From contig OZ024740.1 of NCBI GenBank assembly GCA_964016885.1, forward strand, positions 361,026,001 through 361,090,000: 64,000 bases of DNA, in the 5' to 3' direction. The stretch comes from Eledone cirrhosa (taxonomy: Eukaryota). Position numbers and translations under genes: made by a program. Under the pieces are notes generated by a model. It worked only from the letters and a program-made list of their open reading frames with translations. It did not search any database and was not told the DNA's origin. Shown one piece after another: positions 54,255 through 64,000 of the stretch. The number at the start of each line of letters is the position of its first letter. Within the stretch, counting starts at the first letter, position 1.

Positions 54255-54900
54255 GGTCTTCTGCAGTCAAAGCCCATGTTTCAGTCATGTAACATTGCAG
54301 TTCACACACAGGTATCATACAGTCTACCCTTCATTCTGAGAGAATACCATTTTGTTGTTAACAGCAGTAATAGATCGCTAAATGTCGTCTGTTCTTATCC
54401 TAACTACTACACTTTTGGTGCATCCTTCCACACTGCTAATTTGATCGCCTAGGTAACGAAAGCTGTCAACAGCCTCTATGGAGCCCCTTCCCTGCTAGTA
54501 GCTGAGGGAATCTATTTCATGTGTTTTTTGTGCTCACTTCCCTGGTACATCTGCTGCATTTAGTCTACCACATATCCGTAGTACTGGAGTTGTGATCTCT
54601 TGAGTAATGGCTCTACTCGAAGCAACTCTAATCTTCAAGCTATGAATGCTATCAAGTAACGTTACTCCAAACACCCTTTGGAGGGTCCCTATTTTAGCCA
54701 CTTGTATTCTTTTGGTTATTACCATGAGAGTAAGCAGAACCACCAAATGAGCCGACATCTGCCACTTTTGGTGCCACTTCCAACCCAGCTGCACATGTCA
54801 ATCCCATTCATGAAGATTATGAACAGGATAGGTGACAATATGCACCCTTTGCAGAATTTGACAACCACATTGAATGGTTTTGACTTTGCACCGTTTAACC
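54255..54900 (-). mobile_element. adjacent decayed RTE fragments
   Basis: VDSFRYLGDQI / GRLYDTCV-like sequence (family 2) next to a fragment similar to 46340-46740. Confidence 0.6.
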
Positions 54901-55074
54901 GAAAATACTAATAGATAAATATCAGCACTTTAAAATAAATAGTTTTGTATAAAAACAGGGGTAGTTTCAGGTGGTTTGGTATCAAAAAGGTTTAGGCTAA
55001 TATTCTTCTGAAAGGGTATATACAGCTGTTATTTTAAGGCAAAGCCATTGCCAATACAAATTAAAACTATTAGT

Positions 55075-55265
55075 AATAATTGTTTCTACTTTAGGCACAA
55101 GGCCAGCAATTACTCAGTGCATTACTGGTACTTTATTTTATCAACCCCGTAAGGATGAAAGGCAAAGTCAACCTCGGCGGGATTTGAACTCAGATCGTAA
55201 AGAGACATAACTATGCTGGAAAGCATGGCGTCCGACCCTCTACCGATACTGCCAATCCACCGCCT
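55075..55265 (-). mobile_element. family B SINE, near complete
   Basis: Reverse: GGCGGTGGATTGGCAGTATCGGTAGAGGGTCGGACGCC...GAGTTCAAATCCCGCCGAGG...GTAGAAACAATTATT. Confidence 0.85.
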
Positions 55266-55499
55266 TTTTTACCAAGTAATAATGAAGCCATTTTATTACA
55301 AGTTCCTCGATATGAGCCTCCTCTTTAGTGGGTATACAAAAGGTAAATGAAAATGTCAGAATATGTGGAGACAATAATGAAATGAAAGAATTTATTCAGA
55401 TTCTTGTCCAACTTCAAATATCAAATCAATATTTTCTTTATTGTATGAATTTCACTAATCCTCATCATTTTGTGTTTTTCCATGACTGCTTGGGTTAGA

Positions 55500-56225
55500 T
55501 GTCTTTTCCAGCACAACTTCCAAATATTTGTTCATCTCTGTGTGGCTCAGCAAGTTGAGATCTGCTCTCACCACTTCTGGCCAGGTCTTCCTTTCACTGG
55601 GATCTCATGGTATTTCACACAATGATCATTATCTATATACATTGCATGTCCATGCTAACACAATCTTCTTTCTTGCATATTAAATCTGATTCCTCTTATA
55701 CCCAGTTTTTCTCAGTTCAGCCATGCACATTAACATATCCTTTGGAGCATGCTTGACTAGTTTCTGTAACAGCCTTCATATATCCTCTACATTCACTGCC
55801 TGTCACTCTACTTTGGACCACTGCTCTTTGCATGTAGCTATCATACAGTCTGCCTTTTGTTGAGAAAAACCCTTTGTCAACAAACATGGCAGTAACTTTT
55901 TCCATCCTGTTCTTATTCTAACTATGCTTCCAGAGCAACCTCCTCTATTTCTAATTAGATGACAGAAATGATTTACTACTACTACATTTTCCCAGGATTA
56001 GAAAGAGTTTATTTCACCGATTTACTTACCACCAACTATCTCCGTGCATCTGCCATATACATAATTTACCTTTTCAGCCTGGTATCCCTGGAGACATTGT
56101 GTACATTGCATAGAGTTCCTACCTACTCCTTTTCTACATACTAAGCACAGCCATTTCCCTCATGGTACCAGTCTTTCCTACTTACTACTAAAGCAATGGT
56201 CTTTGCTAAGTTTACTGAACCCTTT
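55500..56225 (-). mobile_element. old RTE family 2 fragment
   Basis: KGFFSTKGRLYDSY and degenerate upstream motifs. Confidence 0.6.
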
Positions 56226-56920
56226 TAACTTTGGATTAGATTAATGTGATCTTGGAAATGGAGATCTTTTTATCCATCTTGTAGAAAATGTTATAAAACA
56301 TGAAAATATAAAGTTAGATATGACTAACAATATATTTCATCCTGTATATAAAAAGAAAGATCTTGGTTTCTGTAGTTGAATGCCCTTCCTAATGCCAACC
56401 ACTTTACAGAGTGTACTGGATGTATTTGGGTGAATAGTGTGGCTCAATTCTAACAGTAGATGTCAAATAGTTCCAGGATTGTTCTTGGTCAAGGAGACTG
56501 GCCCTAACTATCCTGTCTTTTATAGATACATTATATCTAGGAGTACACTATCTAATGTACACATTATTTTGTAAGACAGTAAATTTTGTGTGATAGGGGG
56601 AGTATATTTGCCACACTAGAGCTCTTGCCTTTTTATACATGAACTTAAAATTTTTTGTGTAATACAGACTTTCAACACCCTTAACTTCTATACCAGTGAG
56701 ATACCTCTGCATGGTTGCTTGAAATAGCAGCTACTTTCCTCTAAATTACACCCAACTGCTTTGAAAAATGGGAAAGAGAACAAACGTTGTCCTAGATACC
56801 CCTGAGAACATGGGATATAACATCACAGTCCAATAAAGAATGATTCTAAGTCAAGATTTTGTGATATTTATAAATCCAGGAGAAAAAGTTACATTTTATT
56901 TCCAAAGTATAAAAACAGGG

Positions 56921-58106
56921 TACGAGGGTTGGCTGCAAAGTAGGTAGGCTGACGAAGATACTCTTATGGAATATGACCAAATGAGATTTATTTTTTAACA
57001 CAGTCCTCCTTGCAGTCCACACACTTCTAGTTGGTAAAAAATGTCAACAGCAGATATGACGTCATCACCAGTGTGATACTGGTTCCCGACCAAGTGTTTT
57101 TTTCTTGTTAGGGAACAGATGATAGTCAGATGGGGCCAAATTTGGAGAATAAGGAAGGTGATCAACCAATTCAAAGCCAGTCATACACAGCAGCTATTGA
57201 AACCAAGGACTTGTGTGCTGGAGCATTGTCCTGATGAAACAAGACTCCTTTCCTGGGTGTTTGATAGCTTTTTGTAACTGCCTCAGCAAGTTGGCATGGT
57301 ACTCTCCATTGATGATGTGGTCCTTTTGAAAATAGTCAATAAACACAATACCTTTTGCATTCCAAACAATTGAAGCTACCACCTTCCTTGCAGATGAAAT
57401 GATCTTGGCCTTCTTTGGAGCAGATGAGGTGATTCTACTGCATGGATTGTCTCTGACAAAGTGATGGAGCTAACACTCATCCTGTGTTAGGAAACTTCAA
57501 GGAAACCAGCTAGATCTGCCTCAAACAATGTCAGATTTTCCAGTAATGTGATCAGCCTGATGTACTTTTGATCAGGTGTCATAAGATGTAGCACCCACCA
57601 AGCAGATACCATCATCATGCCAAGTTCATTGTGCAGAATATTCTCAACTCTCTCACGAGATATGCTACAAGCATTAGCTATTTGATTTATAGTCAATCAC
57701 CTGTCATCATTAAACCATGTGATGGACACGATTAATGCTTTCCTTGAAGGTGGCAATTGCATGACATCCAGATCTTAAGACACCTTCCTAAATTCAGCTG
57801 CCCACTTTTGCAAAAGCTGGAGCATCATCCCCTAATGTAGCAATCATGTAAGTATGAATTGTCTTGGGGGTTAAACACTTTTTCTGCAGGTACTTGATAA
57901 TACCACGGTGCAAAATGTTGTCCATTTTTAATAGAAGTTGCGACTAGTTACTTTTGAAGTCTTCTTTGAACAGTCAGATTTCAGTTTACTAGGAAAGAAA
58001 CAATGCAGTTATTAATAAAGAGTTGAAATAAATGCATGCAAGATTTCACATCTCTAGCATCACTTCTTCATAGTCAGCTTATGAACTTTTCAGCCCACCC
58101 TCAATA
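56921..58106 (-). mobile_element. decayed mariner (DD34D-type) DNA transposon with both TIRs
   Basis: TIRs TA-CGAGGGTTGGCTGCAAAGT..GCTGAC and reverse TA-TTGAGGGTGGGCTGAAAAGT..GCTGAC. Transposase remnants WVLHL (WVPxxL), GIVFIDY..INGEY, HQDNAPAH and YSPNLAPSDY, with stops and deletions. Confidence 0.92.
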
Positions 58107-59294
58107 GTATATATTTCAAAAATTGCTAACTTATATCTACCAGGGGCCTGAATCCTTCATATAACTTATATCTATAGGGATATATGAGGGGAAAAAAATT
58201 ACTAAAAATACTTCAATTCCAATCTTTCATTAAAAATATGGTAACAAAGGGATTACAAAAAAATCTTATGAATTTCAAAGAGTCCCTTGTATCTTTACGA
58301 GGTTTCTGCAGTTCACTAGGCTGGTGTTTATATTTGGTAAGGATATCTGTTAGCCAAAGGAAACCAAAGGAAATTCTTGCAGCAAAGTTCCAGGTCCCTG
58401 ACCCCACCCCAACTCATTTCAAAAATTTGTTCAGATTCCATTTGAAACATTGATTCTGGAAAAAAAAGGGCATGTTTGATTTATTTTATTCTAGCCTTTG
58501 CATATCTTCTGCACTCACTGCCATGCAACATCACACCACTTTATACCCAGGCATCATATAATCTATCCTTCAATCAGAGAAAATCTCTTTGTTGCCAGCA
58601 GAGGTAGTAGTTTCTCAACATTTTCCACTCCATTCTTATTCTGGCTACTATGCTTTCAGAACATCCTCCTCCACTTCTAAATTAGTCACTGAGGTAATAG
58701 AAGTTATCAACTACTGCTTTGGAAGTCTTATTTACCCTCTATAATTCTACAAAAAGTCTAATACAAATTAAAAAATACAGAAGATATAAAAGGCATGAGA
58801 AACTTTTAGTGCACTAGACAGTTGCTTAAAGGTATGACATGCAAGAAAAACAGCAGCTATAATAGATTATGGTGAAATGTAGCAATGTTCAACATCTTAC
58901 ATTTTGATGTGTCAAGAAGTTATGATTTAGTCAAGGCACAGAATTTACAATATATAGCAAACTAGTACAGTGTTTTGATACACAGAATGGTTCTAGTTAT
59001 ACAAAATAGTTTACAAGAATCTATGCATGATTTTTTTTACAGGTATGTGCATACTGAGCACAATTTTATATAACTATTTAGCATTTTCTACATGCAAGCA
59101 ATTATGTATACAAGTATATATATAATTTTTTTTATATATATGAGAAAATATGCGTAGTCCACATAATTTCATAATCTGTACAACTGGAATATGAAAAATG
59201 TATAACATGTATATAGCTTATACATGTTAAATGTGTACGTGTCTTTAGCTTAGTGTTTGCATACATACATGCAGGTATGCAAAATATGCACACT

Positions 59295-59543
59295 TTAACC
59301 CTTTACTAACAAACTACCTGAAACTAAAATTTGCCAATTTTAACCACCTCTGGTTCTCTAATACAAAAACTGTATTTTTTTAATCTAAAACTCTTTGAAC
59401 ATGATTTTATGTAAGAACCTTTTTTCATGTTCCAAACATAACCTTAATATTGAAAAAATGTGGTTATATTATGAAATACCTCCAAATAATTTGAAAATCA
59501 TAGGCAGTGTTTATCATTAGAAATTTGGTAATAAAAGAGTTAA
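59295..59543. mobile_element. piggyBac-like TTAA MITE
   Basis: TTAA-CCCTTT...AAAAGAG-TTAA termini; internal sequence shared with copies near 10170-10480, 27640-27875, 43235-43440, 44470-44700 and 44940-45160. Confidence 0.6.
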
Positions 59544-59672
59544 AATGTATGCATTAAACATGGTTAATCTGTTTTTGTATTTGGGGATATATATATATAG
59601 AATATGTATTCTACATAGAATACAGGAGCTGAAATGTGATAAATAGTACTTATTAAAAATGTCAAATTCACA

Positions 59673-60701
59673 TCACCGCTTCTTATACAAACACGGTTTT
59701 AAGTTTAGAGAAACGTTATGTTTGTCTTTTTTAGTTTTCGAAGAATCCCTCATAAATTTCATTATCACAAACAATTTATAACTAGTAGTTGACAAATGAG
59801 AGAAGCCCATTTTTTCAATTTCTCTCACAAAGTCAAGCTGTTTCTTGAATCGACTGACTACTTCAGCAATCAGCAAGATACCTTGGTGTTTCAATACTCG
59901 AGCAGCTTCAGAAATGTAATCAACCATATTGGTACCCATCAAAGACAAACAGAAAACAGCTGTATGTACGCTGGCAATCTTCAGTGGCACATGTGACATA
60001 TCACAAGCAGTGATATACTTATTCAAAGCCACAAGATCATAGGAGAACACTTCATGTGGAACACTTTGTGCTAGTAAGGCTTCACCACAACCAAAATCTA
60101 CTATTTTGGATGTGCGGGGTGTCTGTCGCACATAGTCAATAATTTTCTCAAGAGGATTCACTGGCCATTTCTTGACCTGACTCTGGAAACCACTGTGATA
60201 TATTTTGAATGCATCTTTGTCTGACTGGAAGTAGATGTAGGATTTTTGTCCAGTCTCCGTATATAATTTTTCATTTAAATAACGAAATCTTGCAGCATTA
60301 AGTTTTTCTTGTAATTTTTGAATATGTTCAGTTTGTTTGTCTTTTCTTTCATTTTTGGAACCTTTTACCCCCATTGCCACCTGCAATTTCTTTAAACCCT
60401 TTTCTTTAGGCAAAGTTTGGCTCTTACAATCCTTTTTACTTTTCTTCGACAAGATGCAATCAACCTTTTGATTTTGTTTTCTAATATCTTTCCATTTTTT
60501 CTTATTCTTATTCTTATTGTTTTCAGTTAGGTTCCTGGAAGGTAGATATCTCGTTAAGTTATTGATTTTCGTTACCACTTCACTAGCACTGGCAGAAATG
60601 CGATTCTGAGAGCTTGATGTCTTTTTTCGTAGGATTTTCCTCTTCTTTCGACGTTTAGTTACAAATTTATCAGGAACATCACTTTCAGTGGATGAAGGCA
60701 T
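59673..60701 (-). CDS. RRP8: ribosomal RNA-processing protein 8 / nucleomethylin (25S/28S rRNA m1A methyltransferase), 342 aa
   Basis: Lys-rich N-terminus, ARFRYLNEKLYT, YHSGFQSQVKKWPVNP, SAM motif DFGCGEA, VFCLSLMGTN and C-terminal LKPCLYKKR; intact single ORF. Acceptor TTTTTTTTCAAG| lies 7 nt before the ATG. Confidence 0.96.
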   Translation of the reverse strand: MPSSTESDVPDKFVTKRRKKRKILRKKTSSSQNRISASASEVVTKINNLTRYLPSRNLTENNKNKNKKKWKDIRKQNQKVDCILSKKSKKDCKSQTLPKEKGLKKLQVAMGVKGSKNERKDKQTEHIQKLQEKLNAARFRYLNEKLYTETGQKSYIYFQSDKDAFKIYHSGFQSQVKKWPVNPLEKIIDYVRQTPRTSKIVDFGCGEALLAQSVPHEVFSYDLVALNKYITACDMSHVPLKIASVHTAVFCLSLMGTNMVDYISEAARVLKHQGILLIAEVVSRFKKQLDFVREIEKMGFSHLSTTSYKLFVIMKFMRDSSKTKKDKHNVSLNLKPCLYKKR

Positions 60702-62266
60702 TATTAACCTTGAAAAAAAATATTAAAATATAAAGTGCTTTAATAAATAAATGAATTTTCAAAAAAAGTCAAATATAAACAAGTATAATTGTTGAAACTA
60801 AAACAAAATTAAATAAGGATAAAATAGGTTTATATGAAAAAAATAACTTAAACGAAACAGTTCCATCTTGATGATATTCTGGGGTCCCCACTGAAATCAT
60901 CGTTTTTATGACTGCTTTTTCTATGCTTGTATGAGTTAGAATGTGACATATTGTTAATGTTTGTTGAACCAAAGCATATTGATTATAGGACAGTGACCGA
61001 CATGCACACATATATAAACCAATATAATATATACATGGTTCCTTAGTTATCATCTACTAAATTTATTAAGGCATTGGTCAGTCTAGAGCTATAACAAAAG
61101 ACACTTATCCAAGGTGCTAATAGTGAGATTGAACCCAAAACCACATAGTTCCAAACCAAACATCTTAATAGATATACACATAATGTATGTGTTCTCATCT
61201 ACATTTTATAACCATACTTATATCACTATATCCCATACATACACACACACACTACTTCATCTACCATTGGGCCATGACTAGACTGGAGCGCCACCTTCAA
61301 GGGAGAAGGGTCCTTTTAATTATATCCCAGTAGTGTAAAGAAAGTTGATCAGATAAATACCCTGTGATATTTATGTTCGTTGCACTATCTCGCTCCACAT
61401 AGATATATCATACGATAGGGATCCGCACTCACAATGCATTAGTCATTCCGAAACTGTGGTAAAAGAAACTAGCCGAAGGTATCATGCACTGGATTTGAAC
61501 CGAAGCAATGGAAAAACGGGCGTATGATGATGATGATTGGCTGGTGTCCAATCCATCCTGTAAGGTGGTAGCGCTCGTGTCATGATAAAATGCACCCCAG
61601 GTGTAGAAAGCATGAGCAAGACGTGGTCATCTGACCAATAATCTCAGTATGTGACATGCTAACGTGAAAAACGGAACGGACGTAAAACGGTGATGATGAT
61701 ACTGGTGAATATTATGAATATTCACTGATAAACACAAGTTTTACAGGAGGGATTCCATTAAATACCACTAATATGCTTGTTTCCTCATAACTTTTTAAAT
61801 AATGCATATTTTGCCGAGATACGTTTTCGAAGGATAAATTATAATTATGTTGCTAAAGTTGTTTTTCGTTTTTTTTTTTTTTTTTTTTTTAATTATCATT
61901 TTCAGTCACGGAATCTACTAGAAGTTGTCTGTGATAAAAATTCACACACATATGACGGATAACCTATACAAACACACACATACAGAGCCTGCAGATGATC
62001 GCTCAATCTGCTAGGAATTATACTATCAGTCCTAAAAATGACAGATTACATAATGTAGTCCTAGATACAATTTGTCTGGAGAAAAGAGAACAACAAAGCT
62101 GGGGTCATAAAGCCTAGAAGGTGTTTGGTTATACGTATGTTTGATCAGAGCTGATCTGGGGTTAATAACAGTACACGACCCACGTGTATTCACGCTCCGG
62201 TGAAATGTGTTACAAACTTATTTTTCAATAAATTATGTTTACAAAAATATTCAAGCGATAAATTAC

Positions 62267-62340
62267 CTCTTTTTAACCATTCAACATCGATGCATCTGAA
62301 GCCGATTGTATGTGGAAAGAACTAGCACAGATTTTCGCAC
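62267..62340 (-). other. candidate non-coding first exon of RRP8
   Basis: GAG|GTAATT donor at 62267/62266 in unique CpG-containing sequence; it could pair with the acceptor at 60710-60709. Upstream boundary unknown. Confidence 0.35.
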
Positions 62341-63039
62341 TTTAGTGAGTTTACTTCGATCACAGTTAATATATTTGTAACAGATGCAAAGCCACCAACG
62401 TACACAGATGAGTGTAGATCAATTAAACAGACTCCAATTGTTATCGATAGTTAATATAATTCGTAAAATAAAATAAATTGTCGTGTTGTTATGAGAGATG
62501 AGTTCTGATGGATAGAACTGAAGGATGTTTTTCTAGTGAAGCCAACAAGAACTTAAATATCCAAAACGACCGACAGGAAGAAAGCGGTGTAAGATTTTTG
62601 GTGTCACCTTTTAAGTTTTTATTTTTATTTTTGCTGGTTTCAATTATTAGAGTGCGGATCATGCTGGGGCATCGATTTGAAGGGATTTAGTGAATCATGG
62701 CGACCCCAGAACTTTTGAAGTCTGGTACTTTATCGATCTTATCTTGTTGAACATTATGGGGCATACCGCACCACCACAAACAATATATATATATATATAA
62801 TAATAATAATAAATTTGAAGACTAAAATCCAAAGAGGGCTCGATAAGGATAAATATATATCAAATATAACCGTAGAGCAATATATATATTTAACGAGTGA
62901 TTAAAATAACACAGTACTTAAAGCAATCAAATATGAACACTCAATACGTATATGTAAAGTGTACGCTACATTTTCTGAGTAGAAAAATAGCAGTGACTTC
63001 GAAATTCTAGCTTGGTGGCTTCATCTGGCTGCCTATATA

Positions 63040-63385
63040 CTACTAAAACTACAGTCAAAACGGCGCATAATGGGAAAATACTTTGAAAGGAAGTTGCCTC
63101 TGAAATGGGAATACAAATGGAATAAAACAAGTTTCGCGTAAATCGGAGAGCGGGTTCCCGAGATATGGGGTTTTCCGGGTACCTTCATAAAGAGATAATG
63201 GTTGTGAGAGAGTAGATTGAAAGAGAGAGAAGGAAAATGGAAGAGAGAGAGAGAGCTGTAAAAATTATTTTTAAGTGAACATGATTTTTTTAAAATATGT
63301 TGAAATAAACGTGACACGGGTGGTCTAGTATATTATAACGGGCTCCTAGTTTCATGCTACCAAATTTCACTCAAAACCTTGGTCA
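63040..63385. mobile_element. possible non-autonomous Helitron/DINE-like repeat pieces
   Basis: AAGTTTCGCGTAAATCGG...TTCCCGAGATAT and CCAAATTTCA motifs, CTAG-containing ends and an internal (GA)n; resemblance only. Confidence 0.3.
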
Positions 63386-64000
63386 ACTCATTGTACATCT
63401 TTTAATTATAATGGAAATTATAAACAACAGCAGTTAAGGTTTACGACTGTGTGTAGTTTTCGATATCAATACAAAAAGTTCTACAATTCCATCATTATTA
63501 CCACATAAAATACTTAATAAATGCCCAAGTATACTAAAATTAATATAAGTTGTTAATAGCCGTGAAGCTACATCAATGGCCCAACATCCTACAGTTTCAT
63601 GTTTTAAAAGGCACTGATCCAACAATCAGTTTGAAAAGTGCCCCGAAGGACGAAACTCCAGGCTCTTAGGCCACTGATGTATCTTCTGAGTTTATATATA
63701 TATACATTATATATATATATATATATCACTCGACTCGTACTCATGTATTGAGTTATATTTCTTCCGTTTGTGCAATTAAGCATACGTATGAGTGTGTGAG
63801 ACAAGATGGAGTGAATAGAACACAAACAAAACGAGGAGGGGATACAGCGGAGCAAGAATGGTTATTGGATGTGTAACGAAAGATATTTAATTAAATAACC
63901 ATAAAGTTACTAAGCTAACCGAGAAATGGATTAGTTACCTGACTAAACCGAAAGTCAACTGTTGCGTGTAACCCTCCCTAAGTATAACAATATCCTTTTC

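Overview
AT-rich, repeat-dense eukaryotic DNA, most likely a coleoid cephalopod (Octopus-like; inferred from the SINE/RTE repertoire and microsatellite load). Two host genes are supported, both on the minus strand. (1) RRP8/nucleomethylin (rRNA m1A methyltransferase), whose whole CDS is one ORF (60701-59673). (2) The 5' part of a RUFY-family gene: a housekeeping-type first exon at 52279-52111 (CRE, E2F-like and YY1-type motifs nearby; its link to RUFY is inferred) and an exon at about 16661/16479-16356 carrying the RUFY3-type motif ETIYLCxFRVSxDGxWLCLREL. The RUN-domain exons were not found and probably lie left of the window. The rest is intron or intergenic sequence: two RTE-clade LINE families (one near full length with a PHD finger next to the RT core), CRE-like RLE retrotransposon ends, a decayed mariner, hAT- and piggyBac-type MITEs, tRNA-derived SINEs and long simple or minisatellite arrays. 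The most interesting hypothesis is that the RUFY3-like exon is bracketed by a CU-rich tract upstream and a YCAY-dense minisatellite downstream, resembling a PTB/Nova neuronal splicing switch built from tandem repeats. Repeat boundaries are approximate and read by eye; no database searches were run.
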